A stretch of DNA of 64,000 bases from Planctomycetota bacterium. GTDB lineage: Bacteria; Planctomycetota; Brocadiia; JAADGH01. The notes beneath the pieces were generated by a model. That model did not search any database. It was not told where the DNA came from and worked only from the letters and a program-made list of their open reading frames with translations. Position numbers and translations under genes: made by a program. Positions within the stretch are counted from its first letter, which is position 1. Each line of letters starts with the position of its first letter. This document shows positions 8,320 through 18,664 of the stretch, piece after piece. Location of the stretch: contig JBFMAD010000006.1 in NCBI GenBank assembly GCA_040755855.1, positions 96,001 through 160,000 of the forward strand, read 5' to 3'.

Positions 8320-10335
8320 CTACTGCTTTACTCCCAACCATTCCCGCAACGGGCCGAGCAGTTCGGAGGTATGCTTCGGCGTATAGCAGAACCCGATCCA
8401 GCCGGCCGCGCCGTTCTTGCGGGCCAGGGCGATATGCAGCGCCAGTTGCTCCGGGTCGTTCATCGCCCCCTGCCCGGCGTTGATGCCGATGCCCTGAACG
8501 ATCGGGAAGCCCTCCGGCACGGCTTTGCGATGAACGGCGGCCTTCTCCGCGAATGCCGTGGGATCAAGCGTGTAGTTCATGGGGCAGACGAAGTCCAGCC
8601 ACCCCTCCTTGCACCAGCGCGCCCAGTCCTGGCCGTTTCCTTCTCTGCACTGAGGCCAGTTGTGGAAGACCGCCGCGCTGACTTTAACCTGCGGCGCCTC
8701 CTTGCGAATCCGGTTCGAGGTGCGTTCGACCAGCTTCGATATGCGCGTGCACCGGAACTCGATCCACTCGGCGTGGCGCGCGCCCTTCGGCAAGACATCC
8801 GTGGGCCAGTCCGCGACCGGCTTGGCCGTTTCCTTTTCGAAGAGCGCCTGGCACTTCGGGCAGAAGCACCCCCGCTCGTTGGGGTAGCGGATGAAGTCGT
8901 ACTGCACTCCGTCCGCACCGTACTTCGTCGCGACCTCCACCATCACCGCTTCCATGTGAGCAAGGTTGACTTCCTGCGAGGGGCAGAACCACCCTATCTC
9001 CTTGCCGTCCGGTTCCATCTGTAGCCGCCCCGCCTCGCGCAATTCCTTGAGCGTCTTCTCGGACGCCCGTCCTTCGACGATGCAATTGTTGACGTAGGGA
9101 TGCATCTCGATGCCGTTCGCGTGGGCGTGCTTCACCGCCTCGGCCAACCAGTCGCCGGCGGGGGCGAGGGGATCCATGATGTCCGGCTGGACCTTCGACC
9201 CGCCGAAAAACGCCGCCGCGCCCCCGGCGATGCGGAGGACGACGAAGTTGATGCCGAGCTTCTTAAGCTCCGGCATCACGTCCTTGGGCTGGCGGTCCAT
9301 GTTGACGTGCAACCACACCCCTCGCCGCTCATTGGCGGAACCGTCGCCGCCGTGGATCGAGGTCACCTTGATCGTTTCGTCCAAGATTTTGTCGCCGATC
9401 TTCGCCTGAACGAGCATCTCCCTATCTCCGTTCTTTGCCTGCTCGGTCGGGATGACAATCGTGAATTGCCGGATCGTCCCGGCGGGGACGTCAGCCAGGC
9501 GGAGCGGCGCCTCCTCCTTGATCTCGCCGTCCGGGCAGGTCACCTCCGCGGCCTCCCCCTTCTCCCCCGGTGCGACGCGCACGTGGAACGTCGCCGCAAA
9601 TCCGGCTGCCGTCATCACCTCCGGCGGCGTCACCAAAAGCGCGGGGGTCTTCAATGCGGCGGTCAGTCGCTCCGCACGAGAGCCGTCGGGCTTCAGCCAG
9701 GCAAGAAAGGACTGCAAGACCTTCGCCTCCGCGCCTCGCGGCCATCGGGCGGTCCGGCCGTCGGGCATGCCGAGGGAGAGGCCCGTGCTGATGACCTTGC
9801 CCCTCCCGATCTTGCCCGCGACGGCGACGGGCTGGCCTGCATCATTCTTGATAAGCACCGTCGCGTCTCTCCCCACTCGCTCGATGATGTGGTCCTTGTA
9901 GTCTGCCTTGAAGTCCTTCAGCCCCTCGACCGCCGGGTGGCCGGGGACGATGTGCATGCCCTGGCTGTCGTAGATGCGAAGTATGCCGACACCCACCTCG
10001 CCGAGGATGTGATGGTGCCAGGTTTGGAGCACGGAGCCTCCGTCGCCGACATACTCTTTCAGCCTCTCCCGCCACCCGTCCCGCACCCGGCCGGGCGAGT
10101 GCATGTCGCAGAGGTAGATGATGTCGTACTGGGCGAGGGTGAGCATGTGGAAGTCCGCGATCGCCTCGGCCTTGTAGCCGTGTTCGTTCAGCTCCTTCAC
10201 CAGTCGGTCCACCACGGCGCCCTCGCCCCGGGTGGCCTTCTGGTCAAACACGCCGACCCGGATGTCCTCCCCCGCAATGCAGGAATACGCCAGGAGCGGA
10301 ATACCGGCCAAGAGACACGCAAACATTCGCATCAT
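8320..10335 (-). CDS. GHL10/DUF187 family glycoside hydrolase, secreted or lipoprotein
   Basis: RBS GGAGG; signal ending LLAYS-C; WFCPS, YDFIRYP, GQDWARW, LDFVCPMNY; paralog of 3289-5736. Confidence 0.8.
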   Translation of the reverse strand: MMRMFACLLAGIPLLAYSCIAGEDIRVGVFDQKATRGEGAVVDRLVKELNEHGYKAEAIADFHMLTLAQYDIIYLCDMHSPGRVRDGWRERLKEYVGDGGSVLQTWHHHILGEVGVGILRIYDSQGMHIVPGHPAVEGLKDFKADYKDHIIERVGRDATVLIKNDAGQPVAVAGKIGRGKVISTGLSLGMPDGRTARWPRGAEAKVLQSFLAWLKPDGSRAERLTAALKTPALLVTPPEVMTAAGFAATFHVRVAPGEKGEAAEVTCPDGEIKEEAPLRLADVPAGTIRQFTIVIPTEQAKNGDREMLVQAKIGDKILDETIKVTSIHGGDGSANERRGVWLHVNMDRQPKDVMPELKKLGINFVVLRIAGGAAAFFGGSKVQPDIMDPLAPAGDWLAEAVKHAHANGIEMHPYVNNCIVEGRASEKTLKELREAGRLQMEPDGKEIGWFCPSQEVNLAHMEAVMVEVATKYGADGVQYDFIRYPNERGCFCPKCQALFEKETAKPVADWPTDVLPKGARHAEWIEFRCTRISKLVERTSNRIRKEAPQVKVSAAVFHNWPQCREGNGQDWARWCKEGWLDFVCPMNYTLDPTAFAEKAAVHRKAVPEGFPIVQGIGINAGQGAMNDPEQLALHIALARKNGAAGWIGFCYTPKHTSELLGPLREWLGVKQ

Positions 10336-10428
10336 ATCACCCTCCTCCATCCACCAGACATGCTGCTCCTCCCACAGGACAACCATACGGCAATCCGCGG
10401 TGTGTTTCAACACATAAGCCCTTTTCCC

Positions 10429-10456
10429 TTGCGCAAAGAGGCGAATCACTTATAAT
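10429..10456 (+). promoter_or_regulatory. sigma70 promoter
   Basis: TTGCGC-16-TATAAT upstream of the cNMP gene. Confidence 0.45.
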
Positions 10457-10492
10457 ACGTCCACATCAAATCGCGGTTGGAGGAACACGGCC

Positions 10493-10870
10493 ATGTCAAT
10501 TGAGAGCATCCTGCGAACGGTGGAGAAGTTGGAGCCTTACTCGAAGGGTGATGTCATCTTTCGAGAAGGCGAGACCGGCGACGTCATGTATGTGGTGGCG
10601 GAAGGAAAGCTGGACATCAAGATCCGCGACCGCATCATCGAAACTGTGGAGGTGGGAGGTATCGTGGGGGAGATGTCGCTCATTGACGAGAAGGAGCGCA
10701 GCGCCACCGTCGTCGCCGCTACGGACTGCAAGCTGGTGCGGATCAACAAGCGGCTCTTCGGCGTGCTGGTCCGGGAAATCCCATCCTTTTCGCTCGATGT
10801 CATGCGCGTCATGGCGGACCGGATCCGGCGCATTGACGAGTTCATCCGCAGCCTTGACGAAAACGCATGA
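10493..10870 (+). CDS. Stand-alone cyclic nucleotide-binding domain protein
   Basis: GDVIFREGETGDVMY, VGEMSLI...RSAT cNMP-binding cassette; no HTH. Confidence 0.9.
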   Translation: MSIESILRTVEKLEPYSKGDVIFREGETGDVMYVVAEGKLDIKIRDRIIETVEVGGIVGEMSLIDEKERSATVVAATDCKLVRINKRLFGVLVREIPSFSLDVMRVMADRIRRIDEFIRSLDENA

Positions 10871-10883
10871 TGGGAAACAGCTG

Positions 10884-12239
10884 ATGACACCGATCCCCGA
10901 CTATTGGCGATGGTTCCCGGAATGCCGTTTCGGTATGTTTATTCACTGGGGACCATATTCACAATACGGTCGCGGCGAGCAGGTTCTATTCCGCGAGCAT
11001 CTCGCCCAAAAGAAATATGCCGAGACCGCCTGCCGATGGAATCCTCGGAAGTTCGACGCGGCAACATGGGCAAACGTCGCAAAGAAAGGCGGCATGAAGT
11101 ACGCCGTCCTCACCACCCGACACCACGACGGGTTCTGCCTGTGGGACAGCAAGGTCACCGACTACACTACCGCCGCCCAGGCGCCGAAGCGCGACTTCGT
11201 CGGGGAGTACGTCGAGGCCTTTCGCGCCGCCGGGTTGCGCGTCGGGCTATACTACTCCCTCGCCGACTGGCGCATCCCCGCCTACTGGGAGGGACCGGAG
11301 CACGACCCGCAGGAATGGGAGGAGTTCCGCGAGTACATCCATGCCCAGGTGCGGGAGCTGCTCACGAACTATGGACAGATTGACGTCTTCTGGTTCGACG
11401 GCGCATGGCCGCACTCGCCTCGGGAATGGAAGAGCCGCGAGCTGGTCGAGATGATGCGCTCGATCCAGCCGCACATCCTCATCAACAACCGCCTCGGCAA
11501 ACCTCACGAGCACGAGCTGAAGCAGCAGAAGGAATCCGCCGACGGCGGCGCGGGCGCGGGAGAGTCGGCGGAGCTCGGGGACTTCGGCACGCCGGAGCAC
11601 CACATCACCGCCGACCCGAACCGTCTCTGGGAGTCGTGCCAGGTAACCACATGGCGGCTCTGGGGCTACACCATCGGAGAGCGATGGCGGCCCGCCGACC
11701 TGCTGCTCGACATGCTCATCGAGGCGGCCGGCAAGGGCGGCAACCTGCTCCTCAACGTCGGCCCGACAGCCGACGGCGAACTCCCCTCCGAGTATGTCAA
11801 GCGCATGAAGAAGATCGGCAAGTGGCTGAAGGTCCACGGCGAGATGATATACGACTCCGAGCCGGGAGACGTGTGCGAGTTCATCACATACGGCCGCCAG
11901 ATGCGGCGGGGAAACAATCTCTACCTCATCATCCGCTTCTGGGACGGCCGGGATACGCTGACCCTTGCCGGTCTGGACACGAAGGTACGGAAGGCTACCC
12001 TCATGACCACCGGCGCTGAGCTGGAGTTCGAGCAGAGTCCGGACTACGTGACGGTGAAGGGCCTCCCCGCCAAGCCGCCGACGGACCTCTTCCCGGTCAT
12101 CAAGATCAAGTGTGAAGACCCGCCCAAGCCGCGCGACTGGGCGGCCAAGCGCCTGTGGAGCGGCGACTCGCGGCGGATGACCTCCTGGGCGGCGGCGAGG
12201 GGGACGTCGGTCTTCGTAGACGGAAAACCCCGCCCGTGA
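10884..12239 (+). CDS. Alpha-L-fucosidase (GH29)
   Basis: FGMFIHWG, TTRHHDGF, GLYYS, WFDG and GNLLLNVGP motifs; start at ATG 10884 rather than 10500. Confidence 0.9.
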   Translation: MTPIPDYWRWFPECRFGMFIHWGPYSQYGRGEQVLFREHLAQKKYAETACRWNPRKFDAATWANVAKKGGMKYAVLTTRHHDGFCLWDSKVTDYTTAAQAPKRDFVGEYVEAFRAAGLRVGLYYSLADWRIPAYWEGPEHDPQEWEEFREYIHAQVRELLTNYGQIDVFWFDGAWPHSPREWKSRELVEMMRSIQPHILINNRLGKPHEHELKQQKESADGGAGAGESAELGDFGTPEHHITADPNRLWESCQVTTWRLWGYTIGERWRPADLLLDMLIEAAGKGGNLLLNVGPTADGELPSEYVKRMKKIGKWLKVHGEMIYDSEPGDVCEFITYGRQMRRGNNLYLIIRFWDGRDTLTLAGLDTKVRKATLMTTGAELEFEQSPDYVTVKGLPAKPPTDLFPVIKIKCEDPPKPRDWAAKRLWSGDSRRMTSWAAARGTSVFVDGKPRP

Positions 12240-12258
12240 CCACGCAGGGAGTGCAGCG

Positions 12259-13428
12259 GTGAGCGTTGTTGCCTGGGTTGTGACCGTATACGCCGGAATC
12301 TTCTGCGTGGTCTGGTGTGTGATCTATCTTCGCGCCGCGCACGCACTGCTAAGTCCCCCGTCCTTTGAGGAAAAGACCCCGCCCGAACCCGCCCCATGGC
12401 CCAGGCTTAGCATCGTCATCGCCGCCTGCAACGAGGCGGATACCATCGAAGACGCGATGGCCACGCTGTTGAAACAGGACTACCCGGACCTTGAGATCGT
12501 CCTGGTTGACGACCGATCTACTGACGGGACGGGCGCGATCATTGACCAGATGGCCCAGGCCGACCCGCGGATTCATCCCGTCCACATCAAGGAACTGCCA
12601 GCAGGCTGGCTGGGCAAGGTGCATGCCCTGCATGTGGCAATGCAGTACGCCGCCGGCGAGTGGATTCTCTTCACCGACGCGGATGTTCACTTTTGCGAAG
12701 GAATGCTTCGCAAGGCCGTGGCCGCGGCCGAGGCCGAGGGACTCGACCACCTCGCCCTTCTGCCTCGGGTTCGCGTGGACACCTTCTGGCTCGACGTGGT
12801 CATGCGGGCCTTCGCTATCATGTTCTTCCAGACCACGCGGATGGCAAAGATCGGCAAGCCGGGTTCGGATGCGTTCATAGGGATTGGGGCGTTCAACCTC
12901 GTCCGGCGCTCGGCCTTCGAGAGGACCGAGGGCTTTCCCTGGCTACGCATGGAGGTCGCCGACGACGTTGGCCTGGGGATGATGCTTCAGCGCTCCGGCG
13001 GCAGGCCGGGTTTCGCGTTCGCCCTCGACAGCCTCAGCGTCACGTGGCAGCCGTCGGTCCGCGCCATGTTCCGGTGCATGGAGCGGATTTCCTACCATAG
13101 TTTTCCGAGGCTGATCGGCTCCTGTGTGTTCATATGGGCGATGTTCTTCGCGCCGGTCGCCGCCATCCTAAGCGGCGTCCCGTGGCTCTGGTTCCCGGCG
13201 ATCGCGGCGGGTTCGGCCACGGTTGCGATGGCGCTGGCATGGAGGTCCAGACTTGGACACGTCCGGCCGAGGGTCCTGCCCTCCCTGCTGATCCCGGTCG
13301 GCATGATGATCCTCTCTATCATGGTCCTCCGCGCGGTGATCTTGTGCAAGATTCGCGGGGGGATCGTCTGGCGAGGGACCAAGTACAGCATAGACGAACT
13401 TCGCGCGGGACGGCGCGTGGTGCTCTGA
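12259..13428 (+). CDS. Glycosyltransferase family 2, membrane-bound (hopanoid/carotenoid GT-like)
   Basis: IAACNE, VDDRSTD, GWLGK, LFTDAD and ADD motifs; N- and C-terminal TM segments. Confidence 0.85.
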   Translation: MSVVAWVVTVYAGIFCVVWCVIYLRAAHALLSPPSFEEKTPPEPAPWPRLSIVIAACNEADTIEDAMATLLKQDYPDLEIVLVDDRSTDGTGAIIDQMAQADPRIHPVHIKELPAGWLGKVHALHVAMQYAAGEWILFTDADVHFCEGMLRKAVAAAEAEGLDHLALLPRVRVDTFWLDVVMRAFAIMFFQTTRMAKIGKPGSDAFIGIGAFNLVRRSAFERTEGFPWLRMEVADDVGLGMMLQRSGGRPGFAFALDSLSVTWQPSVRAMFRCMERISYHSFPRLIGSCVFIWAMFFAPVAAILSGVPWLWFPAIAAGSATVAMALAWRSRLGHVRPRVLPSLLIPVGMMILSIMVLRAVILCKIRGGIVWRGTKYSIDELRAGRRVVL

Positions 13429-13566
13429 CAGAGATATCCGTTCGCGGCGAGCCAGCCGCAAACGGAACAACCACGGACAAGAAATTTATTGAATCGAGTC
13501 CGATCATTCTTCTATCATACACCGTAGAGAGGCATTTTGAAGACTAACCACGGAAAGGAGAGGTCC

Positions 13567-14064
13567 ATGGCGGCAATTACTCTGAAGGGAAATCCGATCC
13601 ACACATGCGGCGAGCTTCCCGCCGTGGGAAGCAAGACCCCCGACTTCACATTGGTCGGCGGCGATCTCGCGGACGTGACGCTCGCATCCTTCGGCAAGAA
13701 ACGTAAGGTGCTGAATGTCTTTCCGAGCATTGACACGCCGGTTTGCGCATTGTCCGTCCGGAAGTTCAATGAGGCGGCTGCGAGGCTGAAGAACACCGTC
13801 GTGATCAACATCTCCGCCGATCTGCCCTTCGCGCAGAAACGCTTCTGCGGCGCCGAGGGCATCGAGAACGCGAAGACGCTCTCCTGCTTCCGCAGTTCCT
13901 TCGCGAAGGACTACGGCCTGGAGATCGTGGACGGCCCGATTGCCGGGCTGTGCTCCCGGTGCGTCATCATCCTCGACGGCGCCAACAAGGTGATCTACGC
14001 CGAGCAGGTCGCGGAGATCGCGCAGGAGCCGGACTACGAAAAGGCCCTTGCTGCTCTCAAGTAG
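13567..14064 (+). CDS. tpx: Thiol peroxidase (atypical 2-Cys peroxiredoxin)
   Basis: FPSIDTPVC, SADLPFAQKRFC, EPDY; RBS AAGGAG. Confidence 0.95.
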   Translation: MAAITLKGNPIHTCGELPAVGSKTPDFTLVGGDLADVTLASFGKKRKVLNVFPSIDTPVCALSVRKFNEAAARLKNTVVINISADLPFAQKRFCGAEGIENAKTLSCFRSSFAKDYGLEIVDGPIAGLCSRCVIILDGANKVIYAEQVAEIAQEPDYEKALAALK

Positions 14065-14077
14065 AAGGGAGGCGCAC

Positions 14078-15970
14078 ATGCCAAGACCTGTGACGCGGAG
14101 GCTCGATCCCGTCCCTTTCACAAATGTGAAGATTGACGACGCCTTCTGGACGCCGCGCATTGACGTCAACCGCAGGGCGACGATCCCCATCGAGTACGAG
14201 CAGTGTAAGAAGACCGGCCGCATTGACGCCTTCAAGCTCGACTGGAAGCCGGGCCAGCCGAACCCGCCGCACATCTTCTGGGACTCGGACGTCGCCAAGT
14301 GGATCGAGGCGGGGGCCTACAGCCTGGCGATTCATCCAGACGCGAAGCTGGAGAGGCTCCTCGACGATGTCATCGGCATGATCGCAAACGCCCAGCAGCC
14401 CGATGGTTACCTGAACGTCCATTTCATCATCGTCGAGCCGGAGAAGCGCTGGACCAACCTGCGCGACTGGCACGAGCTATACTCCGCCGGACATCTCATC
14501 GAGGCCGCCGTGGCTTATTGCGAGGCAACGGGGAAGCGCAAGTTCCTCGACGTGATGCGCCGGTACGCCGACCACATTGACTCTGTCTTCGGTCCCGAGG
14601 AGGGGAAGAAGCGCGGCTACTGCGGCCACGAGGAGATCGAGTTGGCCTTGGTCAAGCTCTACCGCGCCACCGGCGAGGAGCGCTACCTGAAGCTGAGCAA
14701 GTTCTTCATTGACGAGCGGGGCCGGCAGCCGCACTACTACGACATCGAGGCCAAGGCCCGCGGCCAGGACCCCGGCCAGTGGCATCACGGGAAGTACGAC
14801 TACAACCAGAGCCACATCCCGGTGCGCGAGCAGAAGACCGCCGAGGGACATTCGGTGCGGGCCATGTATCTCTACTGCGGCATGGCCGACATCGCGGCGG
14901 AGACCGGGGACAAGGCATTGCTCGACGCCTGCAAGGCGATCTGGCGAAATGTGACGGAGCGGCGGATGTATGTCACCGGAGGGATCGGCTCGACGAAGAC
15001 CGGCGAGCGCTTCACCGTGGACTACGACTTGCCTAACGAGACGGCCTATGCGGAGACGTGCGCCGCCATCGGCCTCGTCTTCTGGGCGCACCGCATGTTG
15101 CAGATCGAAGCCGACGCTCAATACGCCGACGTGATGGAGCGCGCCCTCTACAACGGCGCGATCAGCGGCGTCTCGCTCGACGGCAAGACGTTCTTCTACG
15201 TCAACCCGATGGAGAGTCGCGGCGGTCATCATCGGCAGGAGTGGTTCGGCTGCGCCTGCTGCCCGCCGAACATCGCGCGGCTGATTGCGTCGCTCGGGCA
15301 ATACGTCTATTCGCAGAGCGAAAAGGAGGCCTACGTCCATCTCTTCGTCCAGGGCAGCGCCAAGCTCAACATCGGCGGGCGGCCGGTTACGCTGGTGCAG
15401 AAGACCGGTTATCCGTGGAGCGGCAAGGTCCGCATCGACGTGCATCCGGAGAAGCCGACGGACTTCACCCTCGCTGTGCGCATCCCCGGCTGGTGCCGCG
15501 ACGTGAAGATCGAGGTGTCCGGCGAGGAGATGAAGGCGAAGCCCGTGGCGCAGAGGGGCTACGTCCGCATCCGGCGGAAGTGGCGCAAGGGGGACAGGGT
15601 CGAGCTGACGATGGCCATGCCGGTCGAGCGGATCGAGGCCCACCCGGACGTGCGCTCGAATCTGGGCCGGGTCACCCTCCAACGGGGACCGATCGTGTAT
15701 TGCCTCGAGCAGGCCGACAACGGGCCGAACCTGAACGATATTATCCTCCCGCACACTGCCCGGCTCGCTGCCACGTTCGAGGAAAATCTCCTCGGCGGGG
15801 TGACGGTCATCACAGGCAAGGCCCTGCGGCGGGATCGGTCCGCCTGGAAGAAGATGCTCTACCGATCCGCAAGCAGCAAGAGCAAGACCATCTCGATCAA
15901 GGCCACGCCGTACTGCACATGGGACAATCGCAAGCCCGGCGAGATGCTCGTCTGGATTCGAGAGGAATAA
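14078..15970 (+). CDS. Beta-L-arabinofuranosidase (GH127)
   Basis: DSDVAKWIEA, HELY, GHSVRAMY, YAETCA and CACCPPN motifs. Confidence 0.9.
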   Translation: MPRPVTRRLDPVPFTNVKIDDAFWTPRIDVNRRATIPIEYEQCKKTGRIDAFKLDWKPGQPNPPHIFWDSDVAKWIEAGAYSLAIHPDAKLERLLDDVIGMIANAQQPDGYLNVHFIIVEPEKRWTNLRDWHELYSAGHLIEAAVAYCEATGKRKFLDVMRRYADHIDSVFGPEEGKKRGYCGHEEIELALVKLYRATGEERYLKLSKFFIDERGRQPHYYDIEAKARGQDPGQWHHGKYDYNQSHIPVREQKTAEGHSVRAMYLYCGMADIAAETGDKALLDACKAIWRNVTERRMYVTGGIGSTKTGERFTVDYDLPNETAYAETCAAIGLVFWAHRMLQIEADAQYADVMERALYNGAISGVSLDGKTFFYVNPMESRGGHHRQEWFGCACCPPNIARLIASLGQYVYSQSEKEAYVHLFVQGSAKLNIGGRPVTLVQKTGYPWSGKVRIDVHPEKPTDFTLAVRIPGWCRDVKIEVSGEEMKAKPVAQRGYVRIRRKWRKGDRVELTMAMPVERIEAHPDVRSNLGRVTLQRGPIVYCLEQADNGPNLNDIILPHTARLAATFEENLLGGVTVITGKALRRDRSAWKKMLYRSASSKSKTISIKATPYCTWDNRKPGEMLVWIREE

Positions 15971-15976
15971 ACCCAC

Positions 15977-17218
15977 CTACCGGCACAGAGCGACGGCCTC
16001 GCGGTAGATGTCCAACGCCGCGGGGAAAGGCTCCAGGGCGCGCTCGATGATCCCGAGCGAATAGGCGACGACCAACCCGTAGTTCGTGATGGGCACGCCC
16101 TGTTGCTTGCAGCGGAGGATGCGCGTCAGCATCTCGCGCCGATTCAACATGCACCCGCCGCAACTGATGATGAGCTTGTAGGCGGACAGGTCGTCATGGA
16201 AATCATGCCCCTGCACAAAGTCGAACTCCAGCTTGCCGCCGATGAATTGCGTCAGCCAGCGGGGAATCTTCACGCGCCCGATGTCCTCGGCGATGGGATG
16301 GTGGGAGCACGCCTCGGCGATGAGGATGCGGTCGCCGGGCTGCAACTCTTCGATCGTCATCATCCCGCGCACCTGCTCGTTCAGGTCGCCCTTGAACCGC
16401 GAGAAGAGAATGGAGAACGAGGTAAGCGGTATGTCGCGCGGCGTGTCGGCCACGACCTTCAGAAAGGCCTGCGAGTCCGTCACAACGAGCTTGGGCGGGC
16501 GCTTTAGACGGTCGAGGGCGTTGCGCAGCTCTCGTTCCTTGACGACCATGCAATAGGCGTCGTAGTCAATCAGGTCGCGGATGGCCTGGACCTGCGGCAC
16601 GATGAGACGCCCTTTCGGCGCCTCCTTGTCCACGGGCACGACGAGCACCGCCATCTCCCCGGGGCCGACGAGGTCGGCAAGGATGCTGGGATTGTTGATG
16701 AAATCGGCGGGGGCGGAGTCGAGCAACGCCTGGCGGAAGTCGAGGATGCCGACTCCCGTCGGGGCGGCGGTCCGCACGATCCGGATCTTGTCCTTCGTCA
16801 GGAGATCGACGACCTCCGCCTTCGGCTCGGCCAGGTCAATCTTGTTGAAGACAACAACGATGGGGATGCGACATTCCTTCAATCGGGCGAGGATCATATC
16901 TTCGAATTCGCCCCAGTGTCCCGCCTCGGCGACGACGACCCCGAGGTCAGTGCGGTCGAAGACGCGCTTCGTGCGCTCGACGCGCAGCGCGCCCAGCGCG
17001 CCGACGTCGTCAATGCCCGCGGTGTCAATGAAGAGCACCGGGCCGAGGGGGAGAAGCTCCATCGGCTTCTCGACCGGATCGGTGGTGGTCCCTGCGATCT
17101 CCGAGACGATGGAGACCTTCTGCCGCGTGATCGCGTTGAGCAGGCTGGACTTGCCGACGTTGCGGCGTCCGAAGAGCCCGATGTGGAGTCGTAGTCCCTT
17201 GGGGGTTCGCTCCGTCAT
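15977..17218 (-). CDS. hydF: [FeFe]-hydrogenase maturation GTPase HydF
   Basis: GRRNVGKS P-loop, GTTTDPV, DTAG, NKID, EACSHH...CGGC. Confidence 0.95.
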   Translation of the reverse strand: MTERTPKGLRLHIGLFGRRNVGKSSLLNAITRQKVSIVSEIAGTTTDPVEKPMELLPLGPVLFIDTAGIDDVGALGALRVERTKRVFDRTDLGVVVAEAGHWGEFEDMILARLKECRIPIVVVFNKIDLAEPKAEVVDLLTKDKIRIVRTAAPTGVGILDFRQALLDSAPADFINNPSILADLVGPGEMAVLVVPVDKEAPKGRLIVPQVQAIRDLIDYDAYCMVVKERELRNALDRLKRPPKLVVTDSQAFLKVVADTPRDIPLTSFSILFSRFKGDLNEQVRGMMTIEELQPGDRILIAEACSHHPIAEDIGRVKIPRWLTQFIGGKLEFDFVQGHDFHDDLSAYKLIISCGGCMLNRREMLTRILRCKQQGVPITNYGLVVAYSLGIIERALEPFPAALDIYREAVALCR

Positions 17219-18639
17219 TTGCTCCCCCTTTTCCGGATCTCCGGCGAACCCAGCCGGCAGACGGCCTCGGGGCTGACCAGTTCGTCGAATTCCTTCGCTG
17301 TGAGCATCCCTTCGTCAATGGCGACCTGCTTGATGGTCTTGCCGGTTTCCACGGCGAGTTTGACCAGACGACTTGCCCCCTCGTATCCAATGGCCGGGAG
17401 GAGGGCGGTCGCCGTCGCCGTCGAGCCTTCGACATGCCTTCGGCAGCGCGCCTCGTCCGCCTCGATTCCTTCGACGCAATGCCTCCTGAATATCTCGCAC
17501 GCCCGCGCAAGGAGGCTGAAGTTCGTGAGCAGGCAGTCGGCAATAACCGGGAGGAACGGGTTAAGCTCCATGTTGCCCGACGCCGCCGCGAGGGCGATGA
17601 CCTGGTCATTGCCCATGACCACCATCGCCGCCTGCGAGACGGCCTCCGGGATGACCGGGTTCACCTTCCCCGGCATGATGGACGATCCGGCCTGCCGCTG
17701 CGGCAGTCGAATCTCACCCAGTCCGGCATCGGGTCCCGACGACATGAGGCGAAGGTCCGTCGAGACCTTGAGCAGCGAGGCCGCGCACGCCTTGAGGATT
17801 CCCGACACCTCGACGAACACGTCGGCGTTCTGCGTCGCCTCGACTAAGTTTTCGGCCCGGGCGAACCCGATGGTCGTCTGCTCGCGGAGCGTATCAACCA
17901 CGCGGAAGATGAACTGCCGCGGCGCGGCGAGGCCGGTACCGATGGCCGTGCCGCCGAGGTTGACCACCCGGAGGCGCTCTTCGCACTTGTAGATTCGCCA
18001 GCGATCGCGGCTGAACGCCTCGGCGTAGGCGCTCATCTCGCGGCCCAATGTCGTGAGGACAGCGTCCTGCAACTGCGTCCGGCCCACCTTGACGACGTGG
18101 GCGAACTGCTTTTCCTTCGTCTGGAACGCCTCCTGCAAGGCAACCACTCGGCCCTCCAGCTCGTGCAGCAGGCGAATGGCGGCGAGCTTGAGCGCCGTGG
18201 GGTAGGTGTCGTTGGTGGATTGGTGCAGGTTGACGTCGTCGAGGGGGGAGATCACATCGTAGCTGCCGACGGGCCGGCCGAGAATCTGCAGGGCGCGATT
18301 GGCGAGGACCTCATTGATGTTCATGTTTGTGGACGTTCCCGCCCCGCCCTGGAGGGCGTCAACGATCACAAACTCGTCAAGCTTTCCGTCGGCCATCTCT
18401 CGGCAGGCCTGTTCGATGGCGTCCGCCTTCGCTTCGTCATCCCACATTCCCAGGGCGCGGTTCGTCGCGGCGCAGGCCAGCTTCACTTCGCCGTAGGCAT
18501 GGATAAGCGCGGGATGGACGGGACGTCGGGCCAGCGGAAAATTCTCCACGGCCCGCGCGGTGTGAACGCCGTGGAGGCTGTCGGCCGGGATCTGCATCTT
18601 GCCGATGAGGTCGTGCTCTGTGCGATACTCATTGCTCAT
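17215..18639 (-). CDS. aspA: Aspartate ammonia-lyase
   Basis: QGGAGTSTNMN, HQSTND and GSSIMPGKVNP fumarase/aspartase signature; ATGA overlap with hydF. Confidence 0.9.
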   Translation of the reverse strand: MSNEYRTEHDLIGKMQIPADSLHGVHTARAVENFPLARRPVHPALIHAYGEVKLACAATNRALGMWDDEAKADAIEQACREMADGKLDEFVIVDALQGGAGTSTNMNINEVLANRALQILGRPVGSYDVISPLDDVNLHQSTNDTYPTALKLAAIRLLHELEGRVVALQEAFQTKEKQFAHVVKVGRTQLQDAVLTTLGREMSAYAEAFSRDRWRIYKCEERLRVVNLGGTAIGTGLAAPRQFIFRVVDTLREQTTIGFARAENLVEATQNADVFVEVSGILKACAASLLKVSTDLRLMSSGPDAGLGEIRLPQRQAGSSIMPGKVNPVIPEAVSQAAMVVMGNDQVIALAAASGNMELNPFLPVIADCLLTNFSLLARACEIFRRHCVEGIEADEARCRRHVEGSTATATALLPAIGYEGASRLVKLAVETGKTIKQVAIDEGMLTAKEFDELVSPEAVCRLGSPEIRKRGSK

Positions 18640-18664
18640 GGCTGATCCTCTAATGCGCCCCCAC

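Noticed and set aside
10500..10883. N-terminal extension of the 579-aa fucosidase ORF overlapping the cNMP gene
   Set aside because: The extension is an off-frame shadow of the cNMP gene; GH29 similarity begins at ATG 10884
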